This document shows, piece after piece, positions 1-12,800 of a DNA stretch of 36,284 nucleotides. Positions within the stretch are counted from its first letter, which is position 1. Every line of letters starts with the position of its first letter. Position numbers and translations under genes: made by a program. The stretch is from Reclinomonas americana ATCC 50394 (taxonomy: Eukaryota). Below the pieces are notes generated by a model that saw only the letters and a program-made list of their open reading frames with translations, did not search any database and was not told the DNA's origin. The stretch spans positions 132,165 to 168,448 of the forward strand of contig PS015096.1 of the NCBI GenBank assembly GCA_048213135.1. The letters run 5' to 3'.

Positions 1-38
1 CTTCTTCTTTGCTTACCGCTCACACCTCGCGCCTGCAG

Positions 39-1835
39 CCAACGTGTACCGCCAGGATGCGCCCGTGGCGTCGCCGGAGGATTGGGAGAATGAGTTGAAT
101 GCGTGGAAGGCACTGGACAGTGCTTGCCGCAATGAGCACAGACTGGTGGCGGTGCAGGGCTACAGTCTGGAGGAGTGGATACCGAGTCTGTGGGTGTGTC
201 GACGGGACTTGGAGAACTGGTGGCGTCGGCATCGATGCACAGTGGAGGCTCTGCGCGCTGCTGGTGTGTGTGTGTGTGTGTGTGTGTGTTCGTTGGTGTT
301 TCCGTGTCTCACAAGATCACTTCCTCCTCAAGCGGTCGAGTATGCGGTGAGGAAGCTGTCCATGTCGCCCGGCGTTCGACAGCAGGAGGAGGCTCGCTTC
401 CGCCGCCTGGCCGCGGAGATTGGCTTTGCCGAGATTGACACAGTGATGGCCGGTTTCGATGCACCATCGATTCCGGAGCCTGCGCCGCCGCGCGCACCCC
501 CGGCTGCGTCCGGTCCACCACCAGGCTTTACTCCTGTGTTTCACACCGCCGCCACCACCGCCACCACTGCTGCTTCTGCTGCGGCTTCTGCGGCTTCTGC
601 GGCTGCCAGGGCTCCTCCCGCAGTGGTTGCGAGCCACGGCGGCTTCAGTTCATCGGCGTTTGAGGATGACGCAGGCCCCAGTGTCCATCCAGTGGTGGAA
701 CGAGGTCCAGAGGTGACCCCCGGTGCGAATCCGTTCCAGTCGCAGAGCCTTGCATCAAGTTGCGTCCCTGCGCCCATGATGTGTGCATGTGTGAGCCGCT
801 CTCAATCGTCGATGGGTAGGTGCGACGGAGCGGCCGCTCACGGGTGTGCCGCAGCCTACACGTAAGCGGTCTCTTGCGGAAACCGCGGCGCAAATCGAGC
901 AGTGCGGGTTCCGCGCACAAATGTGCCCCACATTGCCGTTCCCTGATCGCGAGGAGCGCATCAAGAACTCGTGGGATATCGACCCGGCCTGGGCCAACAC
1001 GCCGAAACGAAAGCTGAAGGTCCCCTCGTGTATTCTCTTCCTTCATTGCGTGTTGTTTGTTCATCCGCCGTGCACATGCAGCTGGTCCGCATTGTGCCGG
1101 TGGTGTGCAGTACGACCACCGAAGCGGAGTTCGCTGCAGGTCCGAGCTGTCATGCAGACTGCGCGTGTGTTTCGAGTTGTCGCTCACCTGCTGACTGACA
1201 CCACAGTGGAGGAGGAGCTGCGGAGACGACTCGGGGCGCAGCCGTCGCGTGTCATTGCCTGGCACGGCACTGCGTTGCAAAACGTGGAGCCACTGATTGA
1301 GAGCGGCTTTGATCCGACTCGTCGCAAGCGTGCCGTATTCGGAGAGGGGTACGACATTTATTTTTTCTTGATGCTGTGCACGCGCAGTGTCTCACAGGCG
1401 TATCCTTGCAGCGATTACTTTGCCTACAGCCCATCGGTGTCTGCCGATTTCTGTGACGAAAATTGCACGTTGATTGCATTCGACTGTTTGGTCGAAGGTG
1501 TGTACTCCCAACCAGCGTCACTGGCGATATCACTTTCGTGTGTAACTGACAATGTCGCTGTGTGCAGGTGACTCGGTGAGATTTATCGACCGGCAGCAGT
1601 ACTTTGTGGTTTGTCGCCAGTGCATCTTGTCAAGACAATGTCCGTGAGCGCGTGTTTCACATTTTTGGTGTGCTTGGCAGGTCACGGACAGCAATCGTTT
1701 CATGCGACCCATTGCTGGTACGTGTATGGACGTGCGCTTCGTATTGCCGCACGCCCTTGTCGCTAACGAGTGTGTCACGGGTGCGCAGTTGTTGAGTTCG
1801 AGAGACCACCGAAAAAAGAGAAGGGATGCAGTGTT
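39..1835 (+). CDS. PARP-fold (ADP-ribosyltransferase-like) protein, multi-exon, 5'-partial and ending at a gap; probable mono-ART
   Basis: Exons approx. 39-263 (donor uncertain), 332-758, 820-1019, 1082-1139, 1207-1348, 1412-1497, 1568-1608, 1681-1717, 1789-1835, joined by GT-AG introns. Spliced product contains AWHGT, FGEGDYFAYSPSVSADF and QQYFVVTDSNRFMRPIAVVEF, matching the PARP catalytic-domain motif order. Ends KKEKGCSV at the gap. Confidence 0.75.
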
Positions 1836-3583
1836 NNNNNNNNNNNNNNNNNNNNNNNNNNNNNNNNNNNNNNNNNNNNNNNNNNNNNNNNNNNNNNNNN
1901 NNNNNNNNNNNNNNNNNNNNNNNNNNNNNNNNNNNNNNNNNNNNNNNNNNNNNNNNNNNNNNNNNNNNNNNNNNNNNNNNNNNNNNNNNNNNNNNNNNNN
2001 NNNNNNNNNNNGACACTGCATCCGCCCTTCTCTTTTTTCGGTGGTCTCTCGAACTCAACAACTGCGTCCCCGTGGCACACTCGTTAGCGACAAGGGCGTG
2101 CGGCAATACGAAGTGCACGTCCACACACGTACCAGCAATGGGTCGCATGAAACGATTGCTGTCCGTGACCTGCCAAGCACACCGAAAATGTGAAACACGC
2201 GCTCACGGACATTGTCTTGACAAGATGCACTGGCGACAAACCACGAAGTACTGCTGCCGGTCGATAAATCTCACCGAGTCACCTGCACGCAGCGACATTG
2301 TCAGTTACACACGAAAGTGATATCGCCAGTGACGCTGGTTCGGAGTACACACCTTCGACCAAACAGTCGAATGCAATCAACGTGCAATTTTCGTCACAGA
2401 AATCGGCAGACACCGATGGGCTGTAGGCAAAGTAATCGCTGCAAGGATACGCCTGTGAGACACTGCGCGTACACAGCATCAAGAAAAAATAAATGTCGCA
2501 CCCCTCTCCGAATACGGCACGCTTGCGACGAGTCGGATCAAAGCCGCTCTCAATCAGTGGCTCCACGTTTTGCAACGCAGTGCCGTGCCAGGCAATGACA
2601 CGCGACGGCTGCGCCCCGAGTCGTCTCCGCAGCTCCTCCTCCACTGTGGTGTCAGTCAGTAGGTGAGCGACAACTCGAAACACACGCGCAGTCTGCATGA
2701 CAGCTCGGACCTGCAGCGAACTCCGCTTCAGTGGTCGTACTGCACACCACCGGCACAATGCGGACCAGCTGCATGTGCACGGCGGATGAACAAACAACAC
2801 GCAATGAAGGAAGAGAATACACGAGGGGACCTTCAGCTTTCGTTTCGGCGTGTTGGCCCAGGCCGGGTCAATATCCCACGAGTTCTTGATGCGCTCCTCG
2901 CGGTCAGGGAACGGCAATGTGGGGCACATTTGTGCGCGGAACCCGCACTGCTCGATTTGCGCCGCGGTTTCCGCAAGAGACCGCTTCCGTGTAGGCTGCG
3001 GCACGCCCGTGAGCGGCCGCTCCGTCGCACCTACCCATCGACGATTGAGCGACTCACGCATGCACACATCATGGGCGCAGGGACGCAACTTGATGCAAAG
3101 CTCTGCGACTGGAACGGATTCGCACCGGGGGTCACCTCTGGACCTCGTTCCACTACTGGATGGACACTGGGGCCTGCGTCATCCTCAAACGCCGATGAGC
3201 TGAAGCCGCCGTGGCTCGCAGCCACTGCGGGAGGAGCCCTGGCAGCCGCAGAAGCCGCAGAAGCCGCAGCAGAAGCAGCAGTGGTGGCGGTGGTGGCGGC
3301 GGTGTGAAACACAGGAGTAAAGCCTGGTGGTGGACCGGACGCAGCCGGGGGTGCGCGCGGCGGCGCAGGCTCCGGAATCGATGGTGCATCGAAACCGGCC
3401 ATCACTGTGTCAATCTCGGCAAAGCCAATCTCCGCGGCCAGGCGGCGGAAGCGAGCCTCCTCCTGCTGTCGAACGCCGGGCGACATGGACAACTTCCTCA
3501 CCGCATACTCGACCGCTTGAGGAGGAAGTGATCTTGTGAGACACGGAAACACCAACGCACACACAAGCACACAAACACACACA

Positions 3584-3644
<61 letters not shown>

Positions 3645-3662
3645 GCACGCAGACGCCTCCAC
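242..3662. repeat. About 1.6 kb inverted repeat (arms 242-1835 and 2012-3662) around an N gap
   Basis: Direct comparison of arms; mirrored ORFs in the ORF track (846..1571+ and 2279..3088-). Confidence 0.9.
2012..3662 (-). CDS. Second, inverted near-identical copy of the PARP-like gene (allelic haplotig or recent duplicate)
   Basis: Reverse complement of about 242-1835 with scattered SNPs, a longer (TG)n and a 3-nt GGC insertion near the C-terminus (KKEKGGCSV). Same intron positions. Bounded by N gaps on both sides. Confidence 0.65.
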
Positions 3663-3809
3663 NNNNNNNNNNNNNNNNNNNNNNNNNNNNNNNNNATGTG
3701 AGACAGCAACTTTTGTGTGTTCAAGAAACCGTCATCGGCAATATACTGAACGGCGAGGCAACAAGGGAAGGGATAGGGAGAGGAGGGAGGGCATGTGGTG
3801 AGACACACA

Positions 3810-6800
3810 TTACTCGTCGTCGACCTCGGCCCAGGCTGCGCTCTCCGGGTTGAAATCCGTGTCAATGGCCTGGCAGTTGACAATGGCGAACAGAATGCGC
3901 TCGCGAGTGATCTCGTACGTGGGCCACATTGGCAGATCGAGCGAGAAGAAGCACGTGTGTGCCACCGGCAGTGTGCCGGTAATGTCACCCGAGCCGTGGA
4001 ACTTGTTGATGGTGAACGGCGAGTCCCATTCTTCGTCGGTGGAGGGCATGCGGTTGCGTCCCCACACGAAGCGCAGGAACAGGCAGCGCTCCGCCGGCGT
4101 GAACGACTCCAGCGCACGCCACATGAACTGCACTGTCGGCGTCGACGCAGCGAGGCCACTGTACTTGGTGTGCTTCTTCAGCACAGCAACATCCACATCC
4201 GGTTTGCCGCACTGCACCGCAACAAAAAAATGAGTATGCGCAGCCGAGGGTGGTCGCGTGGGTGGGTCAGTTTAAACGCAACAATCATCAACTCCATCTC
4301 CGACCAGGAGAACAGCTTGAGAACACGCATGGGAACCATCTGGGAGAGGCCGGCGCGGATGGCGGCAATCTGCAACACACTCTCGCGGAGGCGCGTGTGC
4401 AGCACCAGATCTGCGAACTCCTCCTTGTTCTCGAACCTGTGCAAGACACATTAGCGCACAAAAGAACGGACGAATCTCATGCACCCGCCCGGTGAAGCAA
4501 CGCACGTCACGTGGATGTTCTTGCCGTTCTTCTTCAGCTCGCGCTCCGAGCCGTCACTCAGCTGCGTGTTGAAGGTCTCCATGAACACATCGTCAAACGA
4601 CTCCTTGTCGGTCTTCTTGAGCTCCTCCAGCGCTTGCACGCAAAGCTTGTCGATGCTCTCCAGATCGTTGCGATCGACCTCTTGTTCGAGCTGCTCGAAA
4701 GAGTCAAAACACACGAATCATACTTTGACACACAACCTCGAACGCACCACTTGCTTCCACACAAACGGCGGCAGATCCAGCGACAGTGGGTGACGTGTGC
4801 GCAGCGAGATGCCCATCATCGTGCCCACGAACTTGAACATGTCGAGGGCCAGTGCCGACACGGCACTCGGATTCGGCACCCACTGCAACACGAGCAAACG
4901 CACTGGTGAGTATACAATCCCCCCTCCACACTTTGTGTGCAGCGCCAAGTCGCACCTTTTCGCGGTTGACGCCGAGGCTGTGGCGACCGTTCGGGCATTG
5001 CACGAACAGTGGCGTGGCGTTCGACATGAGGTCGCCGCAGGCCAGCGTGATTGACTGTTTCACACATGCACTCATCAGCAACAGCACACGGAAGCATTTG
5101 CACGGCAGCATTCTCACCTCACGGTACGGTCCACTATCAAGGCACAAGACAAAACACACACACAAACGAGAATGGCGGTGAGGAAAAAACAGTCAAACGC
5201 GACGATGACAAGCAGGCAACACGCACCCGACATCGACGGAGCCCTCGCCCTGGTCGAGAGACGAATCACATGAGACACACGCGATGGCAAAGCGGTCAGT
5301 ATGAGCACGGCAAGACGTACCACAAAGACAGCGTTCCAGAGCTGGTGATCGCCCTTCAGGTCGTCGACCTTGGCCTTTTGCAGACCCGTGTACAGCTGAC
5401 CGAAGATGGACTTGATGCCGGTTGGATCCTTGCCCGGCTCTGCGATGCCACTCACCATCAGCGACGTATGACACATGAAATATTCGTCGATTCGCATCAG
5501 CGCGCACCGTCGCGCATGCGCTGAGCGCGCATACGATTGATTTCGACACGGACTTGGTTGAATCCGATGCCAGTACGCGCGCTGCTCGCCATGGTGGCCT
5601 TGATGACTCCGTCCCAGAAGGATTTCTGTGCAGCGTGTGAACCATAAGCACTTGAACAAACTAGACAGCGAGCGTGTCACGCCACGCACCTTGGTCTTGA
5701 AGAAGAGGCCGGCTCGATTGCGCAGAATCATCTGACTGAGCGACAGGCTGTCGTCCGAGTCCACGCCCGACAGATCGCAGAACGAAGCAGCGGCGTCACC
5801 GACTTGTTGAGTTGCTTCACGAGAGCCATACGTGCACGAATCGTTTCGATGCGTTGGACGCGCTAGCGAGACGAGATACGAATGATGAGTGCAACGCACA
5901 GTCGACAACGACGTCAACTGCAAAATCGAACCTGCAACTGGCTGAAGCGCATGAGATCCTCACGCGACGGGCGCAGCATAAAGACATCAATGTCCTCCTG
6001 CGGCAGCGCCCAGCGCTCGGCAAACACCTCCGACTGCACGCAACTGTGAGCAGAGGCGAAACACGCAAAATAACAAGTGCTCTCCGTGATCTCACCAACT
6101 CGANNNNNNNNNNNNNNNNNNNNNNNNNNNNNNNNNNNNNNNNNNNNNNNNNNNNNNNNNNNNNNNNNNNNNNNNNNNNNNNNNNNNNNNNNNNNNNNNN
6201 NNNNNNNNNNNNNNNNNNNNNNNNNNNNNNNNNNNNNNNNNNNNNNNNNNNNNNNNNNNNNNNNNNNNNNNNNNNNNNNNNNNTTTTCCACAGGGACGCG
6301 TCGACGACTGTCGGCATGGCATTGGATCTGGACAACCGCAAGATGTACTTTACCATCAACGGCGAGAAGCGCGATCTCGACTTCACCAACGTGGATCCTG
6401 GCGACGGTGTGCACCCGGCAGTGTGCGGCAACGGCAGCGTGTCGTGCAAGATCAACTGGGGCGCTCGCAAGTTCAAGTTGCGTTTTTCGACGACTCTCGC
6501 TCTTGTGTCTCCTGGTCTGACGCACAATTGCCGATTCACGCCACAGGTACCCGATTCCTGACGGCTACCTGCCGATTGAGTGCGAGGCCGCACCGGGCGG
6601 TCTCAACTGGATCGACAAGCTGGTGACCTCGTACCGCACCATTCGCCTGATGAACGAAGAGGGCCAGTTGCCGGAGGAGCTGATCGACCTGGCGCTGCGT
6701 GCCGAGGGCACTCCGAAGGAGACGTCGCTGGTGTTGGAGGCTGTGTCCTCCGACAGTCCGGCCACCTCCGACGTGTACACGCTGGCGCAGCTGACAGAGG

Positions 6801-9800
6801 AAGGCAGTCAATGGTCGTGCTTCAAGACCAAGAACGTGCACGTGGTGTTCAAGATGGAGGAGGACCAAGAGTTCATCCTCACGCAGTTCACCGTCTCGGT
6901 GCCGGTGTACTGCTCGTCGCCCGTCAAGACCGGCATGGTGTTTGTCACTCCCGGTGAGTCCTTCTTTTCCTCCGCTCTCATAGGTCTGCTGGAGTTCCTC
7001 ACCCCTCTGTCTCGCGTCGCNNNNNNNNNNNNNNNNNNNNCACACGCCTCCTCGCGAAAACGCAACGCTCAAGCTCCTCCGGCGTCAGTTCCAAGATTTC
7101 GCGACGGCCAGACTCCTCCGCATCGGAGCCCGCAGCCTCCGACTCGTCGCTCGACTCGGACTCGTCGTCACTCTGCAAGGTACCCACCCGTGAGTCAATC
7201 AATCCCCGCCACAATATTCAGAGTGAGAAACGAAACTGGCATAATGTCGGCCATGGTCGGCAGAGGCGGACCAAACAACGGATTGTCGGGGTCATCGTCC
7301 ACCTCACCGTCCAGCCCAATGATGCCACCAGAGGGACCGGCGCCGGATTCGTCGTCCACGTCGGCCTCGTCGTCACCGTCGTCGGAGGGTGCATCATCCT
7401 CGTCCGAGGAAGCACCACCGCCACGCTTGCCACCTGTCCTCCCCCTTAGTCAGTGTCAGCGTCACAAGGCCAAGCGAGGGATGTGACGCAACCCTTGCCA
7501 CCAGCCGGCTTCTTGCTGCCGTGGCCGCTGCCATCCTTCTTGTCGCCCTTCTTCTTGGCTGACTTCTTGTCCTTCTTCGCCTTGTCGGTGGCGTTGCGCG
7601 ACTCCTCGTCGGGAATGTCAGAGTCGGCGCCGAGAACGTGACGTGCCACCAACAGCAGCTCCAGGGCACCGGCAAAGAGTGCCGGCGCAGCGCTGCTTGC
7701 ACCTCCAGTCCACTGCGATCGGTCCACACCGTGGTGCTTGTCCAGTTCTGTCGGCAGCTTGTCGAGAAGCTGGAGCAGCACTCCGTCAGTCACTGACAAA
7801 AAAGACAACGAAAGCGAAGACAGTGTAGAAAGAACCTTGACGATCTGCAGCTTGGTCGCCACAGCATCGGGGGCCGCCGAGTCGAACTCGCGCCACCGGT
7901 GGAACATCTGGATCAGGCGGCTGATGATGCGGCGCGGCGTCGTGCCACTCGCGTGCGGCAGCGCATTCAGCAGTCCCATGATCATCTGTCACGCCGCACA
8001 GTCAACAAAGGGGGGAGAAAAACACACTGGCAAGAGCACAGCAACGCACCGTGTACGGCAACAGCGGTCGCTCTGGGCGCATCAACAGCGCAGCGGTGGC
8101 CAGTGCCGACTCGAAACTCGACTCAATGTCGCCGCATCGAGTGCCGCCAGCAACAACAGCAGCCGCGGTGAACTTGTAGCCCCACGTGCAGTAGTTGTAT
8201 GCATCGACGCTGAAGTGAACCCTGCGTAATGCGGAAAAAAACGTCAGCAGTCACGCGTCATGAACCTGGCAACTGCGGGTGCAAACGCACCAGAGGTTGC
8301 TGCCATCGTAGGTAAAGTCGGAGAAGTTGGAGCCGGAGAACTGACGCACTTGCTCAGTGCGCGCCTCATCGCGGTAGAAGCGCATGTAGTGGTTCGGGTT
8401 GGTGGTCGTGCTCGGGTCGAACNNNNNNNNNNNNNNNNNNNNNNNNNNNNNNNNNNNNNNNNNNNNNNNNNNNNNNNNNNNNNNNNNNNNNNNNNNNNNN
8501 NNNNNNNNNNNNNNNNNNNNNNNNNNNNNNNNNNNNNNNNNNNNNNNNNNNNNNNNNNNNNNNNNNNNNNNNNNNNNNNNNNNNNNNNNNNNNNNNNNNN
8601 NNNNNNNNNNNNNNNNNNNNNNNNNNNNNNNNNNNNNNNNNNNNNNNNNNNNNNNNNNNNNNNNNNNNNNNNNNNNNNNNNNNNNNNNNNNNNNNNNNNN
8701 NNNNNNNNNNNNNNNNNNNNNNNNNNNNNNNNNNNNNNNNNNNNNNNNNNNNNNNNNNNNNNAACTGGCCAAAGTTGTCTGCACACGGGAAGGCACGACT
8801 TTAGCGCAGCCCGAAGATCAAACCAACTGAACATTAACAACAACTCACCAACAGACAAGAGGTTCGGCACGACCTCAGGCACACGCAACACGGCGGCCAG
8901 CAGGCGCAGCACGGTGGCGGAGAGGAGCGAAATCAGCGTTGTCGACAGGACGGCCTGGCGCGAGGCCGAAGACGGCGCAGCCTTGTCTTCTTGGATGGCG
9001 AAGCGCGTCAGCAGCGTCAGCGTGCCAACATCGCCAAACTTTTGCAGGGCATCGTGTGGCGGAGGGGCCTGTGGCAGGAATTGTCAGTATAGCACAAAAA
9101 AAAAAGAAAGAAAGCGGCAGGGATGGCATCAAACCTCCGGCAACGGGACCACGTCCGTCAACGGCGCACTCTCGATCTTGGACTCGCCGTCGCGCACAAT
9201 CGACACCTTCTTGTCGGCCATGTTGTACTCAACAATGGTGCCGACATAGTCGTCGGTCTTGCGGTAGGCACGGCCACCGACACGAATGACATTGTTATCG
9301 CCACCTGCACAAATGGGAGGCAGTGAGCGAGGCTTTCAAAGATGCAGTTGACGGCAAGTGCAAACCGAGAACGGCAGCGGCGGCCAATGCGGCCAAGTAG
9401 CGTCGCCACTTGCTGTCGTCCCACTCCGACACATCCACCGACTCGCTGCTCGCCACGGCGCTGAACTCATCCAGGGGTGCGAACGACGCATGCAAGGTCT
9501 CGCACGCGACCGGTGACTGACGCGGGGACACGTGAGTGACAAGAGGGAGAGAGGCAGACAGAGAGAAGAAATGTTGTGCAACGCACCCACAAATCACTGG
9601 AGAGCAGAGTGCGCAAAAAGGCAATCAACTCGGCCGAGGTGATGCTGTGCTCGCGAAGCACAAAGTTCTGCTCCGTCACCGCCATGCCCAGTCGCTTGCG
9701 TTTCACAAAGGCGGCCTCCGGGAACGCTGTGAACATACCACACAGTGTCAGCAGCTGCCAACCAGCCAGTACAGAGCATCGCCAGTACGCAACATGAGGC

Positions 9801-12800
9801 GTACGAGCACATGGCCAAGCCGGTGTACAGAAGCAGCAGCTGCACGAGGGCGCCACCGGGGATGGACGACTCCACCTCAAAGGTCGCTGTCAGAATCTCA
9901 CGCGCCGCAGCGTCAANNNNNNNNNNNNNNNNNNNNNNNNNNNNNNNNNNNNNNNNNNNNNNNNNNNNNNNNNNNNNNNNNNNNNNNNNNNNNNNNNNNN
10001 NNNNNNNNNNNNNNNNNNNNNNNNNNNNNNNNNNNNNNNNNNNNNNNNNNNNNNNNNNNNNNNNNNNNNNNNNNNNNNNNNNNNNNNNNNNNNNNNNNNN
10101 NNNNNNNNNNNNNNNNNNNNNNNNNNNNNNNNNNNNNNNNNNNNNNNNNNNNNNNNNNNNNNNNNNNNNNNNNNNNNNNNNNNNNNNNNNNNNNNNNNNN
10201 NNNNNNNNNNNNNNNNNNNNNNNNNNNNNNNNNNNNNNNNNNNNNNNNNNNNNNNNNNNNNNNNNNNNNNNNNNNNNNNNNNNNNNNNNNNNNNNNNNNN
10301 NNNNNNNNNNNNNNNNNNNNNNNNNNNNNNNNNNNNNNNNNNNNNNNNNNNNNNNNNNNNNNNNNNNNNNNNNNNNNNNNNNNNNNNNNNNNNNNNNNNN
10401 NNNNNNNNNNNNNNNNNNNNNNNNNNNNNNNNNNNNNNNNNNNNNNNNNNNNNNNNNNNNNNNNNNNNNNNNNNNNNNNNNNNNNNNNNNNNNNNNNNNN
10501 TCCCTTCCACACAGGTGCTCTACTTGCTGCACACGGCATGCCGCTGGGACGTGGCTCGCCAGATGGTCGGCACACCCGAATCGCTGACGCACCTGCTCAC
10601 TGTGCTCCGGTGCGCGCTGCATCCCCTCATTGTCCGCCCCCCCCCCCCCCCGTTTTTTGGTACCTTACCACGGTGTATGTTGTAGATTTGGCGCCCCGCG
10701 CCTCCAGCTGCTGGCTCTCCGCATTCTCCGCCGTGTCGTTCTTGGTCAAAAGTCGTTCGCGACCGNNNNNNNNNNNNNNNNNNNNNNNNNNNNNNNNNNN
10801 NNNNNNNNNNNNNNNNNNNNNNNNNNNNNNNNNNNNNNNNNNNNNNNNNNNNNNNNNNNNNNNNNNNNNNNNNNNNNNNNNNNNNNNNNNNNNNNNNNNN
10901 NNNNNNNNNNNNNNNNNNNNNNNNNNNNNNNNNNNNNNNNNNNNNNNNNNNNNNNNNNNNNNNNNNNNNNNNNNNNNNNNNNNNNNNNNNNNNNNNNNNN
11001 NNNNNNNNNNNNNNNNNNNNNNNNNNNNNNNNNNNNNNNNNNNNNNNNNNNNNNNNNNNNNNNNNNNNNNNNNNNNNNNNNNNNNNNNNNNNNNNNNNNN
11101 NNNNNNNNNNNNNNNNNNNNNNNNNNNNNNNNNNNNNNNNNNNNNNNNNNNNNNNNNNNNNNNNNNNNNNNNNNNNNNNNNNNNNNNNNNNNNNNNNNNN
11201 NNNNNNNNNNNNNNNNNNNNNNNNNNNNNNNNNNNNNNNNNNNNNNNNNNNNNNNNNNNNNNNNNNNNNNNNNNNNNNNNNNNNNNNNNNNNNNNNNNNN
11301 NNNNNNNNNNNNNNNNNNNNNNNNNNNNNNNNNNNNNNNNNNNNNNNNNNNNNNNNNNNNNNNNNNNNNNNNNNNNNNNNNNTGCATTCAGTCACCAACA
11401 AAACAGCGCGACGGCGACAAGAACGGATGCGCACCTTCATGCGGACGAATTCAGCGTTCAGCTTGCGCTCGTTCTCGCGCTTCTCCTGCAGACGGCGCTT
11501 CTTCTCGGCAGCCTGCTTGGCCTTGCGAGCGGCCTCCTTCTCCTTGCGGCTGCGCTTCTTCGGCTTCTTCTCGCCCTCTCCTTCGGCGGCTCCGTCTTCA
11601 CCCGCGACACCCGACGTTCCCTCTGGTGTCCATGAGAAACACGAGTCAGCATAATCACTCACACAATCTCTCTCCCTCATCGCCAGACAGTCACCATTCG
11701 CCTCGTCCGGGACTGGCGTGTCAGTGCCGTCAGTGTCTGCATGCAACAGACTCACTTTTAGTGTTGACCAGAAGAGAGTAGCATAGAGAGGGAGAGCACA
11801 CGCACCAGGCACTGGAGTCTCATCATCACTGTCGCCTTCCTCTGCGACACAGAAAAATAGAGTGGATACGATGAGATAAAAGCATGGATTCCGTCACCAA
11901 TCCGTCATTCTCACCATCGGCAGCAGCAGCAGCGGTGGCAGAGGCAGCCGCACTCTCGTCAGCGCTAGCCGGCTGGGGATTGCTCTCCTGCTCCTTGGCC
12001 GTCTCAAGATCCTGCGCCAGCTTCTCCAGCTGACCAAGCAGAATCTCAAACATCGGCTGCACCATGTCGATGGTGATGCTGCCTGAGTCGCCCTCGCCAG
12101 TCTGCTCGCTGATGAGCTTGCTCATGATCAGATCGAACAGCACCCACGCAGCCGTCTGGTAGTCTTGCGTGCCAAAGTCGCGCTGAATGAGGAGCTGGCG
12201 GAGAGTCGGGAAGACCTCCATCTGGATGAGAATGTCACTCTCGCCCTTGAAGTCGATGTTGAACGCTTGCAGCGCCGAGTGCACCAGATCGGTGCCCGAC
12301 GCATCGGCGTGACGCAGAACGTCCATCAGCTGCTCGTACAGCGCCACAAACGAATCCTTCACAGCACCGTACATGTCCTGACCGCAGCCCTGCACGTTGA
12401 CAACAGAGTGAGATAACTCACTCAAACCACCGACCGGCATGCAACATGATAGGGCTCGTACCTCCAGGTAATGCACCACTTTCGGTACATCAGCGGGCGA
12501 CTGATCGTCAATGTGCAGCGATGGCACCAGCGAGCGCAGCAATTCGCGCTTCACCACCACGAACGACACGGAGCGCAGAGCGTTTGCCAGGCCGGCCAGA
12601 CCCGTCGCGCGGAGCTTGGCTCGGCGACGGCGGGCGACCACAGCGGCGTGCAACTGAAGTAGTCAATCAGTTACGCAACAGCCACGCGGAATACAAACAA
12701 AACACACACATTCGAAAACAACCCAGTCACAAACCTTGCTCAACGACACATTGGAGGAGATGAAGCTGACGACGAACTTCCAGATCTGCGAGAAGCGATC

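Noticed and set aside
242-3662. Foldback or TIR transposon
   Set aside because: The arms are an intron-containing host gene; no transposase or target-site duplication is visible.
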